DNA of 64,000 nucleotides from an uncultured Verrucomicrobiota bacterium. Its GTDB lineage: Bacteria; Verrucomicrobiota; Kiritimatiellia; RFP12; UBA1067. Position 1 is the first letter of the stretch. The number at the start of each line of letters is the position of its first letter. This document shows, piece after piece, positions 8,378-17,747 of this stretch. The position numbers and the translations under genes were made by a program. The stretch is from assembly GCA_947305585.1 (NCBI GenBank), contig CAMZDY010000001.1:17599-81598 (forward strand), in the 5' to 3' direction. Below the pieces are notes generated by a model, which had not been told where the DNA came from, searched no databases, and saw nothing but the letters and a program-made list of their open reading frames with translations.

Positions 8378-9439
8378 TTATGCCCCCGTCACGACCGAAG
8401 CCGTGGCCGAAGAATTGTAAACGATCGCGAACTGGCCCACCGGGTTGCGGCAAGCGAGACGCAAAATCGCCTCGTGATAGCCGCGCGGACCGCCGCCACG
8501 GTCGGGCAGATCGAACGCGGTCAGCGATTCCAGCGTGTCGATCGACCAGAATTCCGGACGGATCACCACGCCGGACTGGAAGCACTCCGCTCCCTGCGTG
8601 ATTGCGCTGCCGTTGTTCGGCAACGTCGCGTTCAGCGTATTGCACACGAGCGACTTGAGCGTCACGCCGTCGTAGGTGAACTCGTCGCAGATGAGCTCGA
8701 TCTTGCGCGACTTCGGTTCGGTGCGCTGGATGAGGTTGGTGAATCCGCTCACCGTCTCCGCCTTGCCGAGGAAGTTGCTCATCGCCTGCTTGAGGTCGAT
8801 GCCGCACAGCATCGTCAGCTGCAGCTCTCCGTCGCCCGCCTGCTTGGCCGCCGCCGTGAGCGCACGCTTGAGCTCCGCTTCGGTCAAGAGCGCCGCCTTG
8901 GTGGAGATGCCGATCGTCGGCATGATCGCCGAGGGAATCGGCTGCACCAAGTGCGTGCTCGTCGAGAGCCAGCTCATCATGCCGCGCGTCTTCGCCACGG
9001 TCGAATCGCTCGTTCCGCGCGCCACCGCTTCCTGGGCGGAACCGAGCGCAAACTCGATCGAGCGCGCCACCTCTTCCGCGTCCTTGCGTATGGCGCGTGC
9101 CAACGCCGCCTCGCCCTTCTTTTCGGTGTAGCCCGGCAAGAGCTTCGTTTCGCGCGTCACGAGGTAGCCGCGCTTCGAGCGGAACTTCTGCGCCTGGATC
9201 TGCATCACCAGATTCGTGCGCTTGGCGAGGCCGGTCTCGTCGAAGTCGCCGCCTTCGACCGCACCTAGTTCGTAGGCGGGCGTATCGCCCTCCACTTCCA
9301 CCTCCTGCATCCAGCCGACGGGAGTCGGTCCGCGACGCAAGATCGCCTGGATCTTCATGTTGCGCCGAAAAGCCTTGATTACTTTGTCGTAGTAATCGTT
9401 GATCTTCAGCGCATGGTCAACTGTATAAAAACCACCCAT
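8378..9439 (-). CDS. Putative major capsid protein, 353 aa
   Basis: Right size and position after the scaffold-like gene, with a terminator after it. The track's plus-strand ORF 8474-9268 is its antisense shadow. Confidence 0.5.
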   Translation of the reverse strand: MGGFYTVDHALKINDYYDKVIKAFRRNMKIQAILRRGPTPVGWMQEVEVEGDTPAYELGAVEGGDFDETGLAKRTNLVMQIQAQKFRSKRGYLVTRETKLLPGYTEKKGEAALARAIRKDAEEVARSIEFALGSAQEAVARGTSDSTVAKTRGMMSWLSTSTHLVQPIPSAIMPTIGISTKAALLTEAELKRALTAAAKQAGDGELQLTMLCGIDLKQAMSNFLGKAETVSGFTNLIQRTEPKSRKIELICDEFTYDGVTLKSLVCNTLNATLPNNGSAITQGAECFQSGVVIRPEFWSIDTLESLTAFDLPDRGGGPRGYHEAILRLACRNPVGQFAIVYNSSATASVVTGA

Positions 9440-10191
9440 TATTTCTTTTTCTTTCTCCGCCTTGCCGCTATGAGATACTGGTCGAGATCATCGGGTTCTT
9501 CCACCTCGACGTCCTCCGTTCTCTCCGCGTTCGCGGGCGGTTTGGTTCTGCTCCGGTTGGGAGCGTCGCCTGGTTTCGGTTTCTTGCCCTTCGGAGTCTT
9601 CCCGTCCGGCTTCCAGCCTTGCTTTTTGGCCTTGAGCCCCAACGTGTAGATCTCCTTTACCTCCGCTTCCAGTTCCGCCCGGCGCTGGCCGAACTTCCCC
9701 TTCAGCTTCTCCTGGATTTCCTCCAGTTCGTCGATTCGTTCGAGCACTTCCGCGTACGTCATGGACTTGCCATCGCCGATCTCGTATTCGTCGGCCTTGT
9801 CGTGGACTCTCGTCCAGCGCGTGTAGGCTTTGATTACGCCCGGCAGCTGATCCATTTGCGCAAACGCGCTCGCCTCCTCTTTCGACATGAGGCCGGGTAG
9901 GATGCCCGTCACCTCAGCGGCGCGCAAAATGGCCTTGCCATCGTCGCCCGCGAGCGTCTGCGCCTCTTTCAACTTGTCCTGGAGCTCCTTTTTCTCCTGG
10001 ACCAGCTTCCGGATGCGAGCATTCGCTCCTTTCCCCTCTTCGAGTTCGTCGTCCTCGTCTTCGTCGTCGCCCGTGTCATCCTCGTCGCCGGTGTCGGTTT
10101 CCGGTTCCTCCACCTCCTCCGGGGTTTCTTCGGGTTCCTCGTTTTCGAGGTCTTCGGTCTCTTCAGGTATGTCGTCGTTGTTGTTTCCCAT
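9439..10191 (-). CDS. Scaffold-like protein, 250 aa, extremely acidic with a Lys-rich C-terminus
   Basis: N-terminal DE-rich tract, a coiled-coil-like middle and a KKKK tail. Sits between the large terminase and the capsid gene. Confidence 0.45.
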   Translation of the reverse strand: MGNNNDDIPEETEDLENEEPEETPEEVEEPETDTGDEDDTGDDEDEDDELEEGKGANARIRKLVQEKKELQDKLKEAQTLAGDDGKAILRAAEVTGILPGLMSKEEASAFAQMDQLPGVIKAYTRWTRVHDKADEYEIGDGKSMTYAEVLERIDELEEIQEKLKGKFGQRRAELEAEVKEIYTLGLKAKKQGWKPDGKTPKGKKPKPGDAPNRSRTKPPANAERTEDVEVEEPDDLDQYLIAARRRKKKK

Positions 10192-10291
10192 GTTGTTCCT
10201 TTGGCGGTTTGTTGAGGTGGGTTCGCCAGCCCCCAGGTTGACGCCGACTGCCTTTTTACGAGTTCTGGGAATGCGGCGCTATTCCCGCTCG

Positions 10292-10320
10292 ACGGCCCTA
10301 TTATATCATTTCCTGCCGTG
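10292..10320 (-). promoter_or_regulatory. Extended -10 promoter (TGATATAAT on minus) for the scaffold/capsid operon, with an upstream ACGGCAGGAAA element
   Basis: Minus strand reads ACGGCAGGAAATGATATAATAGG. The 18-nt core recurs at the int promoter (25475-25492). Confidence 0.4.
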
Positions 10321-10384
10321 AGCGCGGAACCGGTTTCCGCCGCTTTAAGTCTTTTTCCTGTCTATATAGACAGCTTTCCGGCCT

Positions 10385-12421
10385 CTACCACCATATTCTC
10401 GACCGTCTGGGCACCCCTGCGCGCCCCGGCGCTCTCGCCTGGACCTCGTGCTTTTCCGTCTCCGTCGCTGCCGTATATTCCGTAATCCCGCTCAAAACCC
10501 CGTACCGTATCAGGTCGATGAAATCCTTTACCGCGCCCTTCTGCCCGTCCGCCCCGGTGTACGTCTCGAGCGCGAATATCGTGTTCACGCACTCCTCGGA
10601 AATCTTTATCCTATCCCTCGCCAGCATGTCCCGTATTAGATTCAGCCCCTCGGCGATCGCCTGCCCGCTCGCCGGTTGGAATCCCTCCGCCAGCTTGCTT
10701 ACGTCCTCGAAGAGGCTTACGCTCGATCCGGCATGGATCTTCGACTGGCTCGCCGCCCGGCTGTCGATCACCCGGAACTCGATCTCCTCCTCCGTCCCGT
10801 CCGACTCGCTCCAGTTCTCCAGCTCCTCCCAATCCTTGCACTGCGCCATCGCCCCGTGCTTCTCCGCCCAATCCCGCCAATTCCGCCATCCCTCCAGTCT
10901 CGCCCACTCGAATTTGTAATTGAGGTAGCCGAAATTGAAACTCTCCGTCGCCTCGCCGCGCTCGCCGTCGTTGATCCCGCCCTTCCAGTCGCTCGCCACC
11001 GCCCACGGCCCCGGATACCCCACGCCCGGTATCTCGTAAGGCCCCGGCCACTCCCGGTATGCGTACAGCGTCTTCGTTTCCGGATCCCACCCCATATAGA
11101 GGAATGCCCAATTCCGCTCCGGTGCCGGATCGAGCACCATAATCCGCACCAGTTTTTCCGGTATCTCCTCTTTCTTCACCACGTGCCGCTCGCGCCGGAA
11201 CTCCGGCAACATCCGACCCTTCACCCGCTCGGCTATCCCGTAAACGCGCGTCTTTATGCTTTTCGCGGCGTTCTTGTTCGCCGCCGCCTTGGCAATGACT
11301 TCCGCCGGATTTCCGTACGGATTGTCTCGTCCATAAAACCAAACAACCGCTGCTTCTCCCCCGCGTGCAACGCCAATTCGCGGAGTGCGCTCGAATCTCC
11401 GTCCTGCAGGAATCTCGTCAAAATCGTCACCTGCTCTTTCAGCGAGAATCCGTTCAATGATTTTCTCAGGTCGGGCTTCGGGGATTCCAATATCTCCCGG
11501 CGCACCTTCATTTCGCCACGCTCTAAGTTTCGTGTATTCATCTTCATCGAGTCCCAACTCCTTCCAGGGCATCGGCCGCCCCAAATCTTCCGGCAGCATC
11601 CACGCCGTATGCCACCTGGTAACCTTCAGTCCTTCCAGATAGTCCGCCACCACCGGCGTCCACCCTTGGACCGGCGTAAAGCTGCAGATCATCGTGCCGC
11701 GCGTATCGGCAAGACGGAATCTCGCGCTTTCCAGGAACGCTTTCAGAAACTCCTCGTCCAGCCACACCAGATTGAGGCTCTGCCCCTCGAACACGTTGGC
11801 TGGATTCATCTCGTAGCTGATGAACCGCGCGTTCGATCCGTTCCCGAAGGTGATCTTCGAGTTCGAGAATCCGTTCTGCTTCGTATAGCTGATCTGCTCG
11901 TTCACGTCCCGGTTCCGCGCCAGCGCCACGTTCTTCGCCTTGTATTCGTTCGGCATGTAATGCCAGATTCGCGGCATCTGCACGTCCTTGCTCGTCGGCA
12001 GGCTCTGGGATCCCACATACACCGTCTTCTGTCCCTGCATCAATGTCTCGATCGTCAACCTCGACGCAAAGTCCGTTTTCCCGCTCCGGTTCGCCCCCAT
12101 GAGCAGTATCTCCCCCACCGGATGCTTGAACCCCAGCGCCGACCGCATCTTCGCCGCAAACTCCTCCCAGGCGAGATTGTATCTTTTCTCGATGTACTTC
12201 CGCTCCTGCTCGTTCGGCAGCGTATTTCGCATCAGCGCTTTCGTCACGTACCAGATTTCCGGCTCGTAGCCAAAGTGATACGGATCCTCCTTCGCCTCCT
12301 GGATTTTCCGCGCCCGCAGTTTTTCCAACACCTCGGCCGCCCGGGCCGCGGCCAAGCCCTTTACCGACGCGAATGCCTGCACCTGCTCGCCCGACGCCGG
12401 TTGATAGTAGGCGTCTCTCAC
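10385..12421 (-). CDS. terL: Terminase large subunit, 678 aa
   Basis: Walker A (GANRSGKT) and Walker B (LVWLDEEF), plus a nuclease-type C-terminal half. Confidence 0.75.
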   Translation of the reverse strand: MRDAYYQPASGEQVQAFASVKGLAAARAAEVLEKLRARKIQEAKEDPYHFGYEPEIWYVTKALMRNTLPNEQERKYIEKRYNLAWEEFAAKMRSALGFKHPVGEILLMGANRSGKTDFASRLTIETLMQGQKTVYVGSQSLPTSKDVQMPRIWHYMPNEYKAKNVALARNRDVNEQISYTKQNGFSNSKITFGNGSNARFISYEMNPANVFEGQSLNLVWLDEEFLKAFLESARFRLADTRGTMICSFTPVQGWTPVVADYLEGLKVTRWHTAWMLPEDLGRPMPWKELGLDEDEYTKLRAWRNEGAPGDIGIPEARPEKIIERILAERAGDDFDEIPAGRRFERTPRIGVARGGEAAVVWFYGRDNPYGNPAEVIAKAAANKNAAKSIKTRVYGIAERVKGRMLPEFRRERHVVKKEEIPEKLVRIMVLDPAPERNWAFLYMGWDPETKTLYAYREWPGPYEIPGVGYPGPWAVASDWKGGINDGERGEATESFNFGYLNYKFEWARLEGWRNWRDWAEKHGAMAQCKDWEELENWSESDGTEEEIEFRVIDSRAASQSKIHAGSSVSLFEDVSKLAEGFQPASGQAIAEGLNLIRDMLARDRIKISEECVNTIFALETYTGADGQKGAVKDFIDLIRYGVLSGITEYTAATETEKHEVQARAPGRAGVPRRSRIWW

Positions 12422-12730
12422 TTATTCCCTTCCGTGCGCTTGCCGCGCCGTGATCGCCCCGGAGAATACGAGCCCGAAATCCTTTAGCGCGCTCCGGTAT
12501 CCCCGCGCGAAAGTCATATCCAGGGCGTCCATCCGCTCCTTGCGCATCGTCCGGTGATCCATCGCGTCCGACAGCTGCAGCGCCACCGCCAGCGGAAACT
12601 GCCGCTCCTTGCCGTCGTTGCTCTCCAGATACTCCCTGAGTTCCTGGGGATCTATCGTCACGGTTATCGCATCGCGCAGCTTCCACTTCTTTTGCGCCTT
12701 GCGCGCAAAAATTTTTTCAAGTATTTTCAT
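12422..12730 (-). CDS. Putative terminase small subunit, 102 aa from the MKILEKIF start
   Basis: Small basic protein immediately upstream of and abutting terL. The track's longer extension was rejected. Confidence 0.3.
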   Translation of the reverse strand: MKILEKIFARKAQKKWKLRDAITVTIDPQELREYLESNDGKERQFPLAVALQLSDAMDHRTMRKERMDALDMTFARGYRSALKDFGLVFSGAITARQAHGRE

Positions 12731-13149
12731 ATCGCTCCTTTGCGTTTGGTGATTTCGCCCGGCACCCACTCGCCGCGTTTTTTGTCCCAATGTTCCCATC
12801 TGCCGCCCCGCCAGCGCTCGCGCACCTTCCCGTACTTGTTCGCCCGGCCGTTGGGACTGTCGAATGTCGGCACCACTCCGTCCGCGCACATCCAGGGATT
12901 CTCGATCTTGACCTCCTTCCAGAATCGCTTGTCGCTCAACACCTCGCTCCCGTGCGTCGCCACCGCCTCCATCACCGCCTCTTCGCTGTACCCGGCCACC
13001 CGGCCCTCGCCTTTTTTCGCGCCCACCGCCTCGCGCTGGGCCTTGAGCGTTTTGGCGTGATCGAAGTCGCGCCTTTTTATCTGGTCCATCCGCGCTTGCG
13101 CCCGGCCGACCGCCTGTTTGTCCACCGTTGGTTTATGTGCGATTCTCAT
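12727..13149 (-). CDS. Phage hypothetical protein, about 140 aa
   Basis: ORF between the dnaB-like gene and the putative small terminase subunit. Start chosen at MRIAHKP. Confidence 0.35.
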   Translation of the reverse strand: MRIAHKPTVDKQAVGRAQARMDQIKRRDFDHAKTLKAQREAVGAKKGEGRVAGYSEEAVMEAVATHGSEVLSDKRFWKEVKIENPWMCADGVVPTFDSPNGRANKYGKVRERWRGGRWEHWDKKRGEWVPGEITKRKGAI

Positions 13150-14915
13150 TGCCGCTCCTTGCCTCCCACCAAGTATACTTTTTCGTGTTTCCGCCTGTCT
13201 TGTTCGTTCCACTCGAACACTAGATGCTGCACCTCCGGATGCGCCGCCATCCGCGCCTTACGCCGCTCCTCGAACTGCGCCAGGGTTTCGCCCGCGAGTT
13301 TATACCCACGCTCCCCCATCGCCCCCGTCGCCTGCAAAACGTAATCGAGCTCCGTATACGTCCAATCGTCCGTCAGCGTCTCGAACTTCCCGCGCTCTAC
13401 GGCAATCTCTTTTCCGCCCACCATCTCGCGTGTCGGCTCCCCGTTTGGATTACCCGGCCGCAATAGGAAGTAGCTCGGATACATCACCGCCGGGAACTTC
13501 GCTGTCCCGCCCTGCTGGTTTTTGATTACGTCTATCCACACCGGCCGCAGTGTCTTCGCTAGGCTCACTTGCCCCCGGTGCCGCTCCTCCTTCTGCTCCT
13601 CCGTCTCGTGGATAATGTCGGTGAGCTTGTACATCGGCAGCATGTCGTCCGGATCCGCCCATGCCAGTTTCACCGGCGGCTGCTCTTTCCAGAATTTCCT
13701 CACCGCCTCGTCCTGGTACATCACCATCACCGTGCTGGCCGCGCGCGCAATCTCGGCCGAATCGCCGATCGCATCCAGCCCCACCTTGTCCGTCTTCGCC
13801 TCCCGGAGCTCCTTCTCGAATGCCCTGGACAGCTGCGCCAGACAAATGATCGGTATTTTCTTGCGCTTGGCGATCCGCTTTATGGCCTGCGTCGCCCGTT
13901 GCACCCGCGTATATTCCGGCATCTGCCCCTTGTCGCTCGTCGTCACCAGCTGGATATAGTCGATGATTACCGCTTTCCACCCCAGCACGTCCACCCCCAC
14001 ATCCACCTGCTGCGCGATTTTTTCCGCCTCATCTTCTTCGCTTACCCACACATTCCCGTATTTCACCGCGCTCTCGTATGCCGTCCGGAATTTCCTTAAG
14101 TCTTCGCTCGACCCGCCAAAATTGAGCTTACCCAAACTCACCCTACCCATCACGCAAGCATACCGGTCCACGTATTGCTCGGCCGCCATGTCGATGCAAA
14201 TGACCCCATGCTTGATTCCGATCGAGTTCCAGAATGCGCTCAAGTCCACCGCGATCGTCGATTTGCCCTGGCTTGCCAGCGCCGCAATCACGTGGAGTCC
14301 CGGCTTGATCCCGGTGTAGCACACGTTGAGGAAGTCCCACATCCACGGTAGCCCCTTCATGAAGTCCCACTGCTTCTCCACGAATCGCTTCTGGTGCAGC
14401 TCCTCTTTGTCCGCCACGCTCTGCTCCATAAATTCGCCGATCTGCCTCAGCCCTCCGCTCTTATCCCCGGCCTCGTCGCGCGCATCCTGCGCCGCCTGCA
14501 CCGTTCGCTGCAGCACCCAGTCGATCGTTTCTGGGCTCGCCTCGCTGAAAACCTTCGCCATCTTCTTCCGCCATGTGGCGTAGAGATAGTGCTTGCGCAG
14601 GTTTTCGAGGTAGTGCTCCAGGTGCGCCACGTTGACCGACTTCTCCGCGAGCTCGTTGATTGTCGCCCATGCGTTCTGGTCCTCGTTCGCCGCCACCACC
14701 AGGTTTACATCCATCGCCCGGTGCTCGCGCCACGTCTTGACTATCGCCTCGAATAGCTGTTGCCACCGCTCGGTATGGAACCACTCCTTCGTCACCCGCA
14801 TCCGGGAGATGACGTTATCCAAGTAGAAACTCGTCGTATCGTCGCCTTGCGCCAGCATCATCACCAGCGCCGACGCCACCGCCTGCTCGCATTCTCGGTA
14901 TTCGTTCTCGTTCAT
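13146..14915 (-). CDS. dnaB: DnaB-like replicative helicase, about 589 aa
   Basis: Walker A (ALASQGKSTIAV) and DnaB-type RecA-fold motifs (IIDYIQLV, ICLAQLSR); N-terminal DnaB helical domain. Confidence 0.75.
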   Translation of the reverse strand: MNENEYRECEQAVASALVMMLAQGDDTTSFYLDNVISRMRVTKEWFHTERWQQLFEAIVKTWREHRAMDVNLVVAANEDQNAWATINELAEKSVNVAHLEHYLENLRKHYLYATWRKKMAKVFSEASPETIDWVLQRTVQAAQDARDEAGDKSGGLRQIGEFMEQSVADKEELHQKRFVEKQWDFMKGLPWMWDFLNVCYTGIKPGLHVIAALASQGKSTIAVDLSAFWNSIGIKHGVICIDMAAEQYVDRYACVMGRVSLGKLNFGGSSEDLRKFRTAYESAVKYGNVWVSEEDEAEKIAQQVDVGVDVLGWKAVIIDYIQLVTTSDKGQMPEYTRVQRATQAIKRIAKRKKIPIICLAQLSRAFEKELREAKTDKVGLDAIGDSAEIARAASTVMVMYQDEAVRKFWKEQPPVKLAWADPDDMLPMYKLTDIIHETEEQKEERHRGQVSLAKTLRPVWIDVIKNQQGGTAKFPAVMYPSYFLLRPGNPNGEPTREMVGGKEIAVERGKFETLTDDWTYTELDYVLQATGAMGERGYKLAGETLAQFEERRKARMAAHPEVQHLVFEWNEQDRRKHEKVYLVGGKERQ

Positions 14916-15640
14916 GCCATCATCACCCCGCATTCCACGCTTGCCGTCGATTCGGCCGCGCTGCTTTTTTTATTTTTGGCTTCCGCCTCCCATCCTCCGG
15001 TTCTTATCCACCTCGGTAAGTTCCTTGCCGCCGGTGCGTAATCGAAGCTCTCGGCCTGCCACTTCTTGATCCAATCGGCCATCTGGCTCAGGAATCTGCC
15101 CGACTCCACCCCGCTCGCCAGTACTTCCCAAACCGCCTTGGCCACCCGCTTCCCGTTCGTCTCGTTGTCCATCCCCGGCAAGCCAGACCCCGCCAGCGCC
15201 TCCATCACCAGCTCCAAAGTCTCCTTCGCCTTTGAAATCAAGTCCTCACTCCCCTCCCCCCTAAGGGGGGATTTAGGGGGAATATTATTATATAGTCTAG
15301 TATAGTATAGTACGCTGACAGGCTTTTCCGCCGCTGACACTTGCTTACCAATGCTTAGTAATGCTGACTTGTGCTGACTGATGCTTACTTCATTCCGGTG
15401 TTTCTGTTGGGCTAGCCGGTTCTGCTCCCGCCTGCGCTGCTCGCTCTCCAACCGCTTGCTGTTTACGGTTTCCATCCCGGTTTTCAACGATTTTGCGAAA
15501 CTTGCGATTAGGCCGGAGCACTTCCGGCCGTCGATCGCCCCCATCAGAATCTGGAAGCGCTGCGTCTCGGTTAAACTTTCATCCCGGAGCATCGCCAGCA
15601 CCTCTTGGGTGAGGAGTACGCTCGAATATTCATTCTTCAT
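14912..15640 (-). CDS. Putative replication initiator / helicase loader, about 242 aa, carrying an internal origin-like repeat region
   Basis: Directly upstream of dnaB. Contains iterons and an AT-rich tract (see the 15251-15390 feature), the lambda O-gene-like arrangement. Confidence 0.4.
   Translation of the reverse strand: MKNEYSSVLLTQEVLAMLRDESLTETQRFQILMGAIDGRKCSGLIASFAKSLKTGMETVNSKRLESEQRRREQNRLAQQKHRNEVSISQHKSALLSIGKQVSAAEKPVSVLYYTRLYNNIPPKSPLRGEGSEDLISKAKETLELVMEALAGSGLPGMDNETNGKRVAKAVWEVLASGVESGRFLSQMADWIKKWQAESFDYAPAARNLPRWIRTGGWEAEAKNKKSSAAESTASVECGVMMA
15251..15390 (-). repeat. Origin-like region: G/C palindrome CCCCCCTAAGGGGGG, an AT-rich TATAGT-repeat tract, then four GCTGAC iterons and ATGCTTA(G/C) repeats
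   Basis: All seen directly in the sequence and embedded in the coding sequence of the replication protein. Confidence 0.45.
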
Positions 15641-15938
15641 TTTTGGTTTTCCTTGTTTTGGAATTTTTTGCTTTTTGCGCCCACTCCCGCTTCGCCGCAC
15701 GCCGCCTGTCCCCCGGACACCTGACGCTCAAGATAATATACCACTCCGTCCAGCTGACCTCCAACACCCCTTTTTTGTGCAGCGTATCGACGAGCGTTCG
15801 CCAATTGTTCGTCAGTACCTCGTTCGCCTCGCGCTTGTGCACCGCCAGGCGATTCTTGAACTGTAGCCGGATGAGCGCGAGTAGTCCCACCTCTTCCAGG
15901 GTGAAGCGTGTTGCCCGGATCTCCTCTAGCCAGTTCAT
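15630..15938 (-). CDS. Phage hypothetical protein, 102 aa
   Basis: Intact ORF in the early gene array. Confidence 0.35.
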   Translation of the reverse strand: MNWLEEIRATRFTLEEVGLLALIRLQFKNRLAVHKREANEVLTNNWRTLVDTLHKKGVLEVSWTEWYIILSVRCPGDRRRAAKREWAQKAKNSKTRKTKNEE

Positions 15939-15940
15939 CT

Positions 15941-16447
15941 TCAGTACTTTACGTCATTGAGGTCGCTCGCCCATACGAGCCTGCCGTCCTGGTCCAGGCG
16001 GCAATCGAACACTTCGCCTAGGCGCATCAAGGTTGAATCCTTGACCGTCGCCAGTTCGATCCGCCCGTTCGTCAACTCCACCGCCACCCGCCGCCGGTTC
16101 GGAAACGTGTTCTTGAGCCTGCAGCTGTAGACGCCATCGTTCGCCTCGATCGGCCGGATCTTGCCGACGAGCGCTGCCGTGGTCATCCCCAGCTCGTTCG
16201 CTTTCCGGTTCACCCAATCGAACGTCATCCCGGCATGGAACGCCACGCAGTTCCAGTCCTTGCCGAATGCCTGCTTGGTGCGCGCCTGCTGCAGGATCCG
16301 GCGACGGATCCCCAGCGCCCGGCAGACGGACACGTCGTCATATATCTCCGGCGGCGCTTCCTGCTCGTTCTCCGGCGGCGCTGCTTCGATCCCGGCCGAC
16401 TCGGCCTGCAGCCGCTTGAACCCCGTATCCCTCCTGTTCTTTCCCAT
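15941..16447 (-). CDS. Phage hypothetical protein, 168 aa
   Basis: Intact ORF in the early gene array. Confidence 0.4.
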   Translation of the reverse strand: MGKNRRDTGFKRLQAESAGIEAAPPENEQEAPPEIYDDVSVCRALGIRRRILQQARTKQAFGKDWNCVAFHAGMTFDWVNRKANELGMTTAALVGKIRPIEANDGVYSCRLKNTFPNRRRVAVELTNGRIELATVKDSTLMRLGEVFDCRLDQDGRLVWASDLNDVKY

Positions 16448-16502
16448 TTCAATCCTCCTTGTTTTTATTCGCTTTGAAGAGTTCTTCGTATGTTCTTGGT
16501 AA

Positions 16503-16790
16503 TCATTGCTTCACCTCCTCCGGCTTGCCCAGCGCTCGCCGTCCTTCCAGCACATCAATAACGCGGAGAAGTACGGCGATGCAGTTATAGGCTTCGCCAA
16601 TGACAATGGGGTGGGAGATTTTGCTTACACTGGCGAGGTCTACTGCGAACTTTACTTTCGCGCAGTCCTCTTTAATGCAAGCCTCCATGTCGAACTTGCG
16701 CTTGGGAATCAAAGAAGTCATCCAATGCCGCACCTCCGGCAAGCGATTATAAGCCTCGTTTATTGCTTCGGTGTCAAGGTTCGGTGTCAT
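16503..16790 (-). CDS. Phage hypothetical protein, 95 aa
   Basis: Intact ORF. Confidence 0.35.
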   Translation of the reverse strand: MTPNLDTEAINEAYNRLPEVRHWMTSLIPKRKFDMEACIKEDCAKVKFAVDLASVSKISHPIVIGEAYNCIAVLLRVIDVLEGRRALGKPEEVKQ

Positions 16791-16794
16791 TTAT

Positions 16795-17199
16795 TTACTC
16801 CTTGTAGTCTTCCGCGTTGATTGGCTCGGCTTTCAATTGCTCCTGGTAATACCCCCGTCCGAACGGCCGCGACTTCATCAGCTCTTCCTTGAGCCGCAAA
16901 CACACGGCGATCGCCTGGTTGCATTCCTCGATGGCATGCTCCTGGTTGTGTTCGACGATTACCGCCTCGTAGATCTCCAGAATCTCTTCGTGCAGCACCT
17001 TTCCCGCCGTGACTTTGCCTTGCGCGATGCGTTCGTCGTTGTCGCGTCGCCGCATGAGGAGCGACCACTTGATGAATAGCTCGGCTGCTTCTGGCGGATT
17101 TATCTCCTCCATCAGCAGATTGGCGAACTTTGGAAACTTCTCGCACGCGTGGTGGTATTCCGCCTCTACCCCCGCCATTAGTTCATCCCACGGTATCAT
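16795..17199 (-). CDS. Phage hypothetical protein, about 134 aa, acidic and helical
   Basis: Start MIPWDELMAG preceded by GGAGGAGG. Confidence 0.4.
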   Translation of the reverse strand: MIPWDELMAGVEAEYHHACEKFPKFANLLMEEINPPEAAELFIKWSLLMRRRDNDERIAQGKVTAGKVLHEEILEIYEAVIVEHNQEHAIEECNQAIAVCLRLKEELMKSRPFGRGYYQEQLKAEPINAEDYKE

Positions 17200-17747
17200 T
17201 TCCCCTCCTCCTGTCCAGTGCTCGCGTCTTCGGGCTTCGTGTATAGCATCTGTCCCCACACAAAGTCACAGTGACCATAGATTACAATCTTACAACATGG
17301 ACACTTCGAACATCTCGGATAGTTTTTACAGAACGCCATGAATCGCTCTGTTTGCTCCTTCGCTGTTCCCACGTCGCAGTTGCGCGGCGGCGCGGAGAGG
17401 GCGGCTTTCGCCTTCTTCTGGCATTCCTCTATGTGGTCGGCATATTCCGCTATGCGTTCTGCGTCGGTCAGACCATCTTCCATCGCGGCTTCATCTGTCG
17501 CGTCACAAAGGAGCACATACTCCAGCGCCTCGCGCATCTTCTGTACATTGCCAAGTTCCCGCTTGTAGGCGGCTACGAGGCGGTCGGCGAGATGCAACAT
17601 ATCGCACACAAGTGGCGAAAGGGCGTATGCATCCTCCGGCAATCCTTGATTCTGTGCGAGAATCTCCGCGATGATGTCGTGTATCGTTTCGGGGTCGTGG
17701 ACGCTCTGCACACTGCCGCATTCTGGTTTAGTGTAAAAACCGCTCAT
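17196..17747 (-). CDS. Phage Cys-rich protein, 183 aa; C-terminal CxxC/CxC cluster suggests a zinc-binding module
   Basis: C-terminus reads CKNYPRCSKCPCCKIVIYGHC. Confidence 0.4.
   Translation of the reverse strand: MSGFYTKPECGSVQSVHDPETIHDIIAEILAQNQGLPEDAYALSPLVCDMLHLADRLVAAYKRELGNVQKMREALEYVLLCDATDEAAMEDGLTDAERIAEYADHIEECQKKAKAALSAPPRNCDVGTAKEQTERFMAFCKNYPRCSKCPCCKIVIYGHCDFVWGQMLYTKPEDASTGQEEGK

Noticed and set aside
10676-12487. 603-aa plus-strand ORF opposite terL. Similar long plus-strand ORFs include 17951-19630, 23960-25126, 25693-26847, 45273-46421, 60786-62804 and others.
   Set aside because: They are Arg/Pro/His-rich with low-complexity composition, sit exactly antisense to well-supported minus-strand genes and have no start context. 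These are typical shadow ORFs in GC-rich DNA.
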